NCBI RefSeq assembly: GCF_004010195.1
Contig: NC_057718.1
Span: forward strand, 9,588,985 to 9,652,984
Source: Chiloscyllium plagiosum
Lineage: Eukaryota
Length of the DNA: 64,000 bases
Direction: 5' to 3'
Shown: in pieces, positions 51,811 through 64,000 of the stretch
How positions within the stretch are numbered: the stretch's first letter is position 1
How the letters are laid out: each line of letters begins with the position of its first letter
Notes under the pieces: generated by a model
Database searches by the model: none
Told to the model about the DNA's origin: nothing
Seen by the model: the letters and a program-made list of their open reading frames with translations, nothing else
Made by a program: the position numbers and the translations under genes

Positions 51811-53819
51811 CCATCCAGAATTCAGTGATCAATAATGTAAATTACATTGACATTCCCACAGGATAATTTAGAATTATGAAATCTTTATCAAGAATCTAAT
51901 CTGCAGCTGATATGCCAGGAAGTTGTAATGTTTTTATCTTGCGTTTTAACATAATTTGCTTATAGATTGGCAGTGACTGTGTTCTGTGGATTTAAAGTTT
52001 TGTTGAGATATTAATTTTCCAAGTGTTTAGAGATGATGTTTCCACTGAAATATTTATACTGTATGGAAATAGTTGCTATTTATCATATACATTAATCTTT
52101 GGAAAAACATCATGCTGTGAATAAATCTAATCAAATAAACTTGTAGGTTACAGTTACATCTTGCACAGTTCAAGTAATTGAACTTCACCCCAGCTATGAC
52201 CCAATTAAAATCTCCTGGTATTAAATATCCTTTGCATCTGCTGTAATCTGGAGTTCGACTGCAGACTTCTGTCTCTTGTTAGAGATTTTTCAGAGATATT
52301 TAAGTTATCCTTTTAACTTTTCAACTATATGGAGAGTCCTTTAGTCCAATAAGTAAAAATTCTGTTTAGTTGCTGAGTTCTGTCTGCTAAAGTATCACTT
52401 TTTCAGTGCCAGATTAATTAACCAGTTTACTTGTGTAATGTTTAGTATAAAACATTTTGTCTCTAAAGCAAGATACAAGTGTTATTTTGTTAGACAGCAT
52501 GGAAACAGATCCTTCGGTTCAACTTGTCCACACTGACCATGTTCCAAAAGTAAACCATTCCACCTGCCTGCATTTGGCCAATATCCCATCAAACCTTTTC
52601 TATTCACGTACTTATCTAAATGTCTATTAAACGTTGTAACTGTACCTGCATCCACCACTTCCTCTGGCAGTTCATTCCACACACTAGCCACGTTGTGTAA
52701 AGAAAAGGTACCCCATACGTCTTTTTAAAATCAATGTACATGCAGCGTGTACATGCTGATTCTTGAAGCTTATAACAAAAGAGACAGTGGGAAGCATTGC
52801 ACAGTTGTATACACAGAAGCTTAAAATCCAAGATGCTTCATTTTGTGGAGTTAGAATGTTTATCAGAGCTAAACGTAAGCATGACAGCTTTCAACCATTT
52901 CTAATTAATGTTTAGAATCTTGAATTCCTTTGTGTTTGTGAATTAGTTTCTAGATTTGTTGTCAGTTGTTATGTTCTGTTACAGTGATTGACTTGTGTTT
53001 AGTCAAAAGTAACAAATCACATGCTGCTCTCAAGATTCTGTGCTTGATAATGAAGGCAATGATACAACTGGCAGGCAAGTAATATTCAGAAAAGTTATAC
53101 TGAACTAGAGTTCCTTTTATATGATAGCTATACTGAATTAATGGCAGAATTTCTGAAAACAAAAGGTTCTGAATCCAAACAATAGATCAAAACCTTGAAT
53201 ATACACCATTTTTTCACCATGTAAATTTTTGTCCATTGTTTTTTCTTAATGGGCTATTATTTCAGAAACTGGTACATTATGTAACAATTGGTTTAGTTTT
53301 CACCATCAAAAATGAAAGTGGGAGTTACACATGAGATTTAGAAACTAAACTTGATTTTAAAAACAAACAATGTTGTTTGAGATTCAAAACCGATAAAGCA
53401 CTCATGAATCTGTGGCTTTTGCAGAAGACTGTTAAGTTGGATAGTAGGAAGCTGTATGAAGTAAATCTGATTTTTGCGGAGATTGCACGAAAGCAAGAGC
53501 TGTCTGAATTTGGAATAAGTGGGCAGGAAATCTAACTTCAAGAATGCAAGAAATTTGGTTAACTACTTGTGTTAATAACATGCAAGATAAGACTATGTTA
53601 AAATTGCCTTGATACTTTCAATAAGTGAGCGCATGCATACTTTAGACAACTTTAAGGGATTGCAATGGATAGCAAGTTATTGTAGTATTAGAAGATGGAT
53701 GTACCGCTTGAGCTATTGCTGGTGAATGTCCACATAAATGAAGTCCAAAGGTATTGCACATTGAAAGAAAGGATGTATTTAAATGAGGAAGTGAATATTG
53801 TTTGTGCCTGCAAGGTTTG

Positions 53820-54390
53820 TGAAGGTTTGTAGTTCAGGTTGAGGTTTAGGGTGTAGCTTTGCTTGCTGAGCTGTAGGTTTGATATCCAGACGTTTCATTA
53901 CCTGGCTAGGTATCATCATCAGTGGCCACCTCCAAGTGAAGCAAAGCTGTTGTTTCCTGCTTTCTATTTATATATCTCCCTTGTATCCCTACACACGGAT
54001 GAAAGAAAACCACCAATTCGACTGCGACAACACATCTATCCTGGGACAGGCTAAGCAAAGACATGCCAGAGAATTCCTAGAGGCCTCCACAGTACTGTTA
54101 GAATAAAGCGTGCAATTCTGGTCTCCTCCATATTGGAAAGATGTTAGGCACTCCAACCACAACGTCATAAACAAACACATAGATCTAGATAGTATCTATG
54201 AACCCCTCAGAAAACAAACAGGAAATGACATCACCACAAACCCCTGGAACCACATCCAGGACAAATATAGAAAACAGGAGACAATAGCTTTGCTTCACTT
54301 GGAGGTCGCCACTGATGATGATACCTAGCCAGGTAATGAAACGTCCGGATATCAAACCTACAGCTCAGTGAGCAAAGTTACACCTTAAAT
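53820..54390. mobile_element. Penelope-like element with inverted pLTRs, each with a hammerhead-like core
   Basis: Inverted arms about 53845-53975 and 54260-54388; translation SILGQAKQRHAREFLEA (GIY-YIG C-terminal part). Confidence 0.8.
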
Positions 54391-55259
54391 TGTTTGTGCC
54401 ATTAGCTTCACTAGTTATTGTGGAGTAGACGTCAAGAAAGCTGACTGAACACTGCAGTTGCCAAACCAGTTTTTTAAAAAAAAAGTTAGATGCTGCTATT
54501 TTAAAGGTGTATGGTATTGTGATCTGGATACTATGTTCAGGCTCTATTGCATAAAGGGGAAAAAATCCAAGCTCTCAAACACTGGGTGAAGAACCACTGA
54601 GTTGATGTGTAGTGCTGGAAGATTGAATTGTGTGCAATGGCTTTTGCCTTAAAATGTGAGGCTGAAAGCATTGTTGTTTTAAGAAACACAACTTCAAACT
54701 GAGGGGAAATGACTGTAGGCTAGCAAAAAGCAAATCTTCAAGTCATAGAGTTTGGAAACAGACCCTTTGGTTCAACTAGTCCACACTGACCATGTTCCCA
54801 AACCAAACTAGTTCCACTTGCGTTTGGCCCATATTCATCCAAACCTTTCCTATTGCGTTTTCCCTGGATGCTGCCTGACCTGCTGTGCTGTTCCAGCAAT
54901 AAAGTTTCAACTTTGATCTCCAGCATCTGCAGACCTCACTTTCTCCTACTTCTCCAAATGCCTTTTAAATGTAACTGTACCTGCATCCACTACTTCCTCT
55001 GGTAGTTCATTCCACATATGAACTACTCTGTACAAAAAAAAGAAAAAGTTGACCCTAATGTCCTTTTTAAATCTTTCTTCTCTCTCTTTAAATATGCCAC
55101 CTCTTGGATCATTTGGTAATAACTTCATTACCTTAGGAGAGGGTAACTAGTGAGCCAGAGCCTGAAGTCTGGGTGGAAAGTGTCAGCACAATTCTTCACA
55201 AATCCTTTCCTGTGTTAGCAACAAGAACGCAGTGAGGTGACAGTTCTGCAGACACACCC

Positions 55260-55920
55260 AAGAGCAGGTAGATAAGATAGTGAAGAAGGCATTTGGTATG
55301 CTTTCCTTTAATGGTCAGAGTATTGAGTACAGGAGTTGGGAGGTCATGTTGCGGCTGTACAGGACATTGGTTAGGCTACTGTTAGAATAAAGCGTGCAAT
55401 TCTGGTCTCCTCCCTATTGGAAAGATGTTGAGACTTGAAAGCATACCGAAAAGATTTACAAGGATGTTGCCAGGGTTGGTGGATTTGAGCTATACAGAGA
55501 GGTTGAATAGGCAAGCGCTGTTTTCCTTGGAGGGTCAGAGGCTGAGGGGTGACCTTAAAGAAGTTTATAAAATCAGGAGGGGCATGGATGGGATAAAAAG
55601 ACTCAGCCTCTTCCCTGAGGTGGGGGAGTCCAGAACTAGAGGGCATAGGTTTAGGGTGAGAGGGAAAAGATGTAAGAGATTTAAGGGGCAACGTTTTCAT
55701 GCAGAGGGTGGTACGTGTATGGAATGAGCTGCCAGAGGAAGTGGTGGTGGCTGGTACAATTGCAACATTTAAAAGACATCTAGATGGGTATATGAATAGG
55801 AAAGGTTTGGAAGGATATGGGCCAGGTGCTGGCAGGTGGGACTAGATTGGGTTGGGATATCTGGTCGGCATGGACGAGTTGGACCGAAGGGTCTGTTTCC
55901 GTGCTGTGTCTCTCTGACTC
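55260..55920 (+). mobile_element. CR1 LINE 3' end
   Basis: Translation KRFTRMLPGL...RLRGDLKEVYKI plus a CR1 3' UTR. Confidence 0.9.
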
Positions 55921-57879
55921 TACCATCAAGCATATCTTCTCTAACCATTTTGGCAGCAATTGGGACTTGTCTCTGACCCAGTGAGATGGACTGGAATTGA
56001 TTTAGATCTATGTTTTTCCGTTCAGCATTTCAAATGGTTGCCCAGATAAATGTCAACAGGAAATATTTTTCAGTCATTCAAGAGGAAGTGCAATACAGAG
56101 GAACCTCAATTATCCGAACAAGATGGGCAGGCACTGTTTCTTTTGGATAATTGATTTAACCTTAAACTAGGGAAGCCATCCTGATCTAATGTTGTACTCT
56201 CCTGGAGAGTTTGTATAATTCTGATGAGTCTGCTATTTAAACAAATTAATCTTTGCATTCTGCAAATTGCAGGTTAAACTGAGAAGAACTAAGCCCTTGC
56301 CATCACAAAAATGTATGAAATCTCAGCATTAAGCAAGGTGTCGAACAGCTTCTATGATCACAAGAGCATTTGTCAGTTTCTGTGAACTCAGTGTTATGAT
56401 AGAAAGACAGAAGCACCGCCTCACGCATGCGTTTGCTTTCTCGGCCATTTTTTTCATGTATTTTTTTAAAATGTGTGAAAATTCTACAGGTTGGTGTTCA
56501 GAGAACTTATAAAAGAACAAAGAAAGTTGACATGCAACTCATTTGTGTTCCCTTATCTCAGAAAGACAGAAGCACTGCCTCGCACATGTGTTTTACTTTC
56601 TCAGCCATTTCATTTCATGAACAGCCTGGTAAAGTAATGGGAATATCCTATGAAGCACTTACTTTTGCAAAGGACTGTGTAACTAACTGTCTGACACACC
56701 TCTGGAGCAGATGGGGTTTGAACTCAGGCCTTCTCTTTTAACAGTACCACTACACCATGAGAGCAGTTTGACTACAGCATAAGCAAATCCTCAGTTAGTA
56801 CTCAACACCTGCAGGCATTTAAATTTGCGAATGTTATTTTCCAAACATTAAAATGAAGCCTGGTGCTTTAATGTTCTATTTATAGAAGATTATCATTCTC
56901 AATTACTAAGATTTTTAGTGTAACTAAATCTGCAAAAGATAATCTCAACTGTTTGTCTCCTGTGTAAACAAACAGAGCAACCCATTCACCGGAATGAGTT
57001 GTGGAAGTCTGTTGTTATTCCTACTGTAGGCTGTTATAGTATCGTATCACGGCTGCTCTTTTAAAGCTTTTTCCCCCAAACAAGCTCTGTTGTGTCTCCT
57101 ACCTGGAGAGAAACTGAGAACGTTAGTATGAAAACTGTTGTTTGACTATGCAGGTACAGGATCCATGTGAAATATTTTTGTGTTTTCTTAATGGCTGCAG
57201 TTTGTCCAAAAGAGGTAATTGGGAAGGTAACATAGAACAGCACAGAAAGAAACCATGCAGCCCATTGTGTGTGCCAGCTGAATAAAACAACACATTGTCC
57301 ACAACCTTACAAACTATAGCACTTGGGTAAAAATTCAGGCCCCTTTTATAAATGAGTTGAAAATTTCTACCTCGAGCAACTTGGGCAGTAACTTTCAGGC
57401 ACACTCCACTCTGGGTGAAAATCATTTCCCTTATGTCCTCTACATAATCCTTTTACAAAATGCCTTAAAACTGTTCTCTGGGTAATTGCCCTCTTTGTTG
57501 TCTGCTCTGTCTTGGAATATGCCTTGTGCCTCTTGCAATCCATCAAATCAGCAATCTGTGAATCAGTAGTTTTTAATTTTTCTTCTCAGAGTGTAAGATT
57601 CAGTGTTTAACAAGTTTTTTTAAAATTAATTAAAAAGCCTGACCTCTGATGTGGTTATTGTGGTCTAATGCTATTTTCTACATATTTTTCTTTCTACATA
57701 TGCAATTTAAAAATAATTTAGCACTAACTCTCTCTACAATGTCCCTAAAGCAACCTAATCTAGTTCACATGCAATTAATTAGTTTTAAAATGCGAAGTTG
57801 TTGCTTTGAAAGTAAAGTCTTCCATTCAGAGTGCTTTTTCCCAATCACCAGATAGATCAAAACACTTTCCAAACAATCA

Positions 57880-58170
57880 GGTATTTTTAAGGAGACTTCA
57901 CTGATGTAATGTAGGAATGTGGCAGTCGGTTTGCACACCGGAAGCACCGACAAGCAACCGTGTAACTGTGACCGGATAATCTATGTTTATGGATTAAATA
58001 TTAACCAGAACACTGAGGATAGGTAAACTAGCTGCTCCTGTTTCTCTCTTGACTAATACCATGAGCTTTTTTTATGTCCACTGAAGCAGAGAGGTAGACC
58101 TTGGTTTACTATCACCTCCAACAGTACTGCGTTGGGATGTCGCCCTCTTTTACACACAAGATTGAACAAT
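57880..58170 (-). mobile_element. Old SINE remnant, probably Deu-domain (SacSINE1/AmnSINE-like)
   Basis: Resembles the Deu-SINE core as I recall it; a related fragment lies at about 17020-17145. Confidence 0.4.
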
Positions 58171-60848
58171 TAACAAGTGAAATGCATGCTTCATAGATTT
58201 ATTTTTATTGAAGTAAATTCAATATGAAATGTTGATCATAATAGGTGAACTTCCAGACAGGTTCATGGGAACTTTAATGCCCACCTTATCAGATAGATGG
58301 GGCTTTGATTTATCCTTTTATATGAAGTGCTGCAACAGTGTTATTCCAGTTACATGCTGAAGTACTATGTCTGTATTAAACTCACTGTCAACCGAACCAA
58401 ACCGCTATCTCAAGTCAAAGTGTGGGATAATTCTTACTAAACATGTAGGAAATAAGGACAATTAATAGGATGGATGCTGAAATGATATTTCGGCTTTGGG
58501 AAAGTCTAGAATAGGAGACAATGCTTTTAAAAATAAGGGTATCCCATTTAAGACAAAGTTGGGGACACTTTCTTCTGAGAGCAATTCATCTATGGAATTC
58601 AGTTCCCCAGTGAGCAATGGAGCCTGGGTCATTGAATATATTCAAGGTTGAATTGCCCAGATTCTTGATTCATGGGGGGTGGAATTAAGGCTTTTAAATC
58701 AGATCAGTAATGATCCTTTCAAATGGAGTTTGTCCATATGTTTGGAAAACCACCTTATTGTGAAAAGTTCTGTGCAGTGAAATAAGTGATTTGTGAATAC
58801 TGCCTAATTTACAGATCTGTGTTCGCAACTAAGGGAAGATTTTTAAAGACAGTCTTTTTAAGCTTCCAATAATGGCAGCAATCTTTGCTGGATTATATAC
58901 AAAATGTGCCCTGGGAAATGAATACAGTAGGTCAGCATTGCAGGTATGGTAACTACCCTTTCACCACTTTTTTTTTGGCTGCTTGCATTAATAGTGCAGT
59001 AATTTGTAGACCCAGGTTCTTGATACCTGGATTTGAATCCCACCACCGCAGATAGTGAAATTTGAATTTCGCTAAGATTCTGGCATTAAAAGTCTAATGA
59101 TGTCCATGAAACTATGTCAATTGTCAGGGGAGAAAAAAGTCTAGTCCTTCAGGAAAGGAAACCGCCATCCTTGCCTGATCTGGTATACATGTGATGCCAG
59201 ACCCACAGCAAAGTGTGACTCTTAACTGTCCCTTTAGGTGATTTAGGGATGGGCAATGCTCTCCTAACCAGTGATGCCCACATCCTGTGTTTGAATACTG
59301 TGTTTGGAGAGGGTAAATAGACACCAAGTATTTAGATGTGCACTTGTGATGCCAAGGCACACAGGGCTCTGGGCCAAGCGTTGGGAAATGGTTTAGAATA
59401 GTTAGGTTGTTTTTTGACTGGCGCAGATTCGATGGGCTGTGCTGTATGCCTCTGACTGACTCCTGAGGGCAGTGCCGTTTTGGTTACAGTTCTGGGACAC
59501 ACCAGCCTCCCATTGGTATATCACCTACAGATAGTCAATTGAATATAGTGCCTCTTGTTATAAATCACTCCCAATCGGATATGTACTTCAAAACTTCCCG
59601 AGTGAATTCCCCACCACTGATCTGATACCTTTTACTTTAAACTTTTCGTCCTCTTCCTCATTTGACCTTTCAACATGTTCAGCATACATAGGTATAGGTT
59701 TGACGAAAGGCTTTTTGAGGATGTAAGGTTGTTCCAGGAGAGAGTTGCATGCTTTCAGGCCACGTCTGCTCTCTGCCACAAAAAAACTGAGGACTAGGAG
59801 GGGAATTGTGAAATATGCTGGATGGCAAGGGCATCTTGGGAGGCTTACTGGACAGAAGGATGTTGCAAATTTAGGGATTTTTGTAATCAAAGGCAAAGGA
59901 TTTGAATTCTGTTATTGTGGAAATCAATAAGGCCAATGTAATAAGAGTTGGAGTGTGATGCAGCATAGAATGGAGGTGGTGGTGTTTTGGGCAATTTTGT
60001 TTTGAAGTTTTGTTATGGGTGATGAATAATGAGGACATGATGTGGATGTGGGTAATTATCTCCAGTCCAAATGCAAAATATACATCTCATGCTTTGTAGA
60101 CATACTGTTTTAAAAATGTGACTCATCAGATCTAAATAATTGGGCTGTTCAGCCAAGGAATACTGTAATGGGAGTTAGTCAGCAGCAATCCCCTCTCCAC
60201 ATGCCATTGGCAATGCTCTTGTGTGTCCTACTCTAGCACTGAGTGCATTTTTTTTGTTTTGGGTTGAATGTCTTTGAATTGCTAATTGGGAAGTAGAATA
60301 CACTCATTTACTTAGCTAGGCTGCTTGGTGTTTACAGCACATTGACCACTGTAATTCCATTTTCCAGCTTTATACCCATAACCCTGGAGGCTGGGGCAAG
60401 GCATGTAAATATCTTGACTCCTTCAGTGTTGAGAATTTCTGACTCAAGCACCCTTTCATGCAGAGGTCCAGACTCTCACCATGAACCAATGATTAATAAA
60501 TTGAGGTATGAAAGTCTTAGGTGGAGAGTTAACTCCACTTATGTAAGGTGCCATGCTAATATATAAGTGTGTTTGGTGACGTGATTACTTCAGGACAGTG
60601 ACATCATTCGCAATCTAATATGTGAGAAACGTGATGCTTTTTGCCAAATCATCAACGATTGAGCTAAACAATTGTTACACTAACATCTGTTAGCTCAGTG
60701 GTCAAACTTCAGGTTAAACATTGGGTATGCCAGCACTCATCAATGAATAGTTGTCAAGGTCATCAAGCAGGCTGAATAGCTAATCATTAATGGACAGTGT
60801 TATACACCAAATGAGTAGCAGGTCTTGCAGGAACTCTGTCTCAACATA

Positions 60849-61283
60849 GTTAAAAATCGCACAACACCAGGTTATAGTCCAACAGGTTTAATTGGAAGCA
60901 CACTAGCTTTCTGAGAGACGCTCCTTCATCAGGTGATAGTGGAGGACTCAATCCTAAAACGCAGAATTTATAGCAAAAGTTTACAGTGTGATGTAACTGA
61001 AATTATCCATCGAAAAGTACCTTGATTGTCTGTTGAGTTTACATATGAAACAGATGAAAGACTCAACAGACAATCAAGGTATTTTTCAATGTGTAATTTC
61101 AGTTACATCACACTAAACTTTTGCTATAAATTCTGTGTTTTAGGATTGAGTCCTCCACTATCACCTGATGAAGGAGCGACGCTCCAAAAGCTAGTGTGCT
61201 TCCAATTAAACCTGTTGGACTATAACCTGGTGTCTGATTTTTAACTTTGTACACCCCAGTCCAACACCGGCATCTCCAAATCA
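60849..61283. mobile_element. Palindromic Penelope-like pLTR pair (arms of about 190 bp)
   Basis: 60849-61038 is the reverse complement of 61061-61245. Flanks TGTCTCAACATA and TGTCTTGACATA are a possible TSD. Same family at about 5315-5445 and 62122-62460. Confidence 0.8.
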
Positions 61284-62734
61284 TGTCTTGACATAAATCA
61301 TCATTATTAAGAACTAGGTATCAGTGTAGCAAAGTTCAGAGATTGAGATTGTTGCAGAGTGAGATTGATTGCTGTATAGATGACAAGTTAACAGCATGAA
61401 ATAGCCAATCATTCAGGTAGCACAGGGTCTATGTGAATCATTGACATTGGTTTGGAGCAATGGTGACCTTGTCATTTTGATTCGTGAGATTGAATTGAAG
61501 TCCTTCCTGACCAGGGCATTAGCTACTCAAGTGTTGAGGTGATGACTCTTTTGGTGATTGAATTCTCTGTTCTAGTTAGATTATTCAGTTCCTGCTGAAC
61601 CCACCTCTGGCACATGATTCATCTGAGCTGGCTTCATTTGCACTTTCCTTGATCTTGAGTGTTTGTACTGTTGAGCAGTGTGCTTCTGTCTGCAAGTCTT
61701 CCCAATCCTCTGATTCCCACTAATCCTTACCACATTGTATACTGTACTCTTTCCCTTGCTGTCCCTGACTTCCCTTGTCAGCCGTAATTGCCTCATCTTG
61801 CCCTTGTTTTGTTTCTCCTTAATTGGGATGAATTTCTGCTGTGCCTACCAAATTACTCCCAGAACTCCTGCCATTGCTGTTCTACTGTCTTCCCTGTTAG
61901 ACTCCCTTCTAACCAACTTTGGCCAACTCCTCCCTCATGTCCTTGAAGTTACCTTTACTCAGTTGTAGTACTGTTACATCTGATTCAAGCTTTTCACTGT
62001 CTAACTGCAAGGTGAATTCTACCATATTATGGTCACTGCCTACTCATGGTTCCTTCACCTTTAGGTCCATAATCAAGACTGCCTCATTACACGTCAACAG
62101 ATCCAGAATTGTATATTCTCTCGTGATTTGGAGATGCCGGTATTGGACTGGAGTGTACAAAGTTAAAAATCACAACACTAGGTTATAGTCTCAAACACTA
62201 GATTTATATGGAAGCACTAGCTTTTGGAGCACTGCTCCTTAAGGTGGCTGTGGAGTATAAAATCGTAAGACACAGAAATTATAGCAAAAATTTAGTGTGA
62301 TGTAACTGTAATTATATATTAAAATGACCTGGCTTGTTAAAGTCTCTCCTCTTTTAGGATGAACATGTTGGCTTCAGTTCTTTCTTATGTAAATCTCAGA
62401 ATTTTTTTAAAGTTACATTCTCAAGTGAAACTTAACAATTGATGTCATGTTGGCCCAGTTAATACCTCCCATTCACCAAAACCTTTACTGTTCAAAAATC
62501 TATCCATCTTTGCCTTAAAAACATTCAGAGGTCGTCTTAGCTGTTTCACTGGGCAGGGAGTTCCACAGACTCATAATCCTTTGGGTGAAGAGGTTCCTCC
62601 TCAACTCAGTCCTAAATCTGCTCACTCTTATTTTGAGACTTCGCCCCCTAATTCTACTTTCACCCGCCAGTGGAAGCAACCTTCCTGCTTCTATCTATTC
62701 CCTCCATAATTTTATGTTTCTATATGATCCTGGG

Positions 62735-62895
62735 GTGAAAATGTCTTGCTGGAACAGCGCAGTAGATCAGGCAGCATCCAGGGAACAGGAGAATTGACGT
62801 TTCGAGCATAAGCCCTTCTTCAGGAATGAGGAGAGTGTCCTCATTCCTCATTCCTGAAGAAAGGCTCATGCCCGAAACGTCGATTCTCCTGTTCA
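62735..62895. mobile_element. Penelope pLTR mini-insertion with back-to-back hammerhead-like cores, inside a CR1 tail
   Basis: Minus-strand core 62796-62823 and plus-strand core 62854-62881. Confidence 0.75.
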
Positions 62896-63419
62896 CAGAA
62901 AACAGTGTCTATTCCCCGACTACAAGGACATTTCTCTTTCCTCCATCCCCCCCTTCAAATGGCTTCCTATGCCTAGGTGCTACGGTCAGTTTGCTCATCC
63001 TCCAAATGGTCTCTGCTCTTGTTCGCATAGGGAACAAGATCCTCAAACTTGTTACACAAGCTCAAAGGTTGAGGCTTCTTTAGCACTCCTGAACTCTACC
63101 TTTTTAAATAGAGAAAATATTTAGAACAGTTTAAAAAAAAAAGTCCTGGCATGCTCAGTCATGATTTCTGTGTTTTGTAGCTTAATTAGTTAATTGTTTT
63201 GTAGCTTAATTAGTTAATTATTTTTAACTTAGATTTAATAATTCATTTTCTGGGACTTAGCTAAAAGTCTAGAAACTTGTCAACATTCAGTTCATTGTTT
63301 GGCCTTTCACTATGTGCCAGCAAGATGGGAATGGAATTGACAAGCAGCACAAAGCTCAGTATAACATTTGCAGATGAAGATTTTCAGTAAGGTGGTTGCT
63401 TAATCTGCAATCTGTATCT

Positions 63420-64000
63420 CATGTAGAGGCAGTCTCGTTATGAGCACTGATATGGTGTACTAGATCGGCAGAAGTAAATGTATGTTGCTGTTTTGATAGA
63501 AAGGCACTTGGAGGTTGGTTTAGGAGTCTCCAATGAGAAGATGATGCATCTATGGTACTTAAATAGGCAGCTGCCAGAGTGAGGAAAACTGAGTATACCA
63601 AGGTATCACAAAGGATGGTCTCCCACCCCTCCTTTGTCTCTGGAACACTGAGGGATAGGATGATGTTTGATGATAGGATTATGTTGGAGGTGACAGAGGC
63701 TAATCATTTAATGCAGAGGCTCAGGGGTAAAAGGTAAGGTTAAGGGAAACATTGCTTTTCTGTGAGGGAAGTAACAAGGTAATGAAGGCCAATTTTTTTT
63801 TCTTGCTCTAGTCTACTATTGTAAAGGAGATACTTTGACAGGGAAAATGAGGACATTCTGGAATCCATGCTATTAAAGTTGGTATCTTTCATAACCTCAC
63901 ACTCGTTAACCTGGATACTACTTTCCACTACTGAGAAGCTGCACTCCAATCCAAAATAGATTTATCTCTTGAGAAATACTCAGTGCAGGCTTTAAGTATT
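63420..64000 (-). mobile_element. Highly degraded Penelope-like element
   Basis: Minus-strand remnant FTSADLVHHI resembles the FTC..NLVYCI GIY-YIG start seen at 40480. Confidence 0.45.

Noticed and set aside
46100..64000. Coding exons or intronic snoRNAs of the plus-strand gene
   Set aside because: Several acceptor-like sites exist (e.g. about 50321, 56272 and 57589), but I found no recognisable peptide and no convincing C/D or H/ACA box pair by eye.

Overview
Eukaryotic genomic DNA with one assembly gap (19477-19997). The repeat content (HE1/V-SINE-type SINEs, abundant CR1 LINEs, Penelope-like elements) suggests a cartilaginous fish, probably a shark; this is an inference. Most of the window is fragmented, often nested retroelements, and nearly all ORFs in the supplied track are TE remnants or spurious. 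The one protein-coding gene I can support is missing from the ORF track: an intact, spliced Costars-family ABRACL(-like) gene on the minus strand (coding exons 22462-22402 and 21037-20853, 81 aa), with a probable non-coding exon 1 and promoter near 28.5-28.6 kb. A CpG-island housekeeping-type promoter at about 45.0-46.0 kb probably drives a divergent plus-strand gene whose coding exons I could not identify. The most notable signal is many minimal hammerhead-ribozyme-like motifs from at least three Penelope-like families, often in small fold-back insertions with 15-16 bp target-site duplications. Also present are several locally templated insertions, a precisely reconstructable nested CR1 insertion, and a forkhead-motif minisatellite beside the ABRACL promoter. 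I found no CRISPR, rRNA or bona fide tRNA genes, and nothing I can show to be a wholly undescribed system. TE boundaries are approximate unless junctions are quoted.
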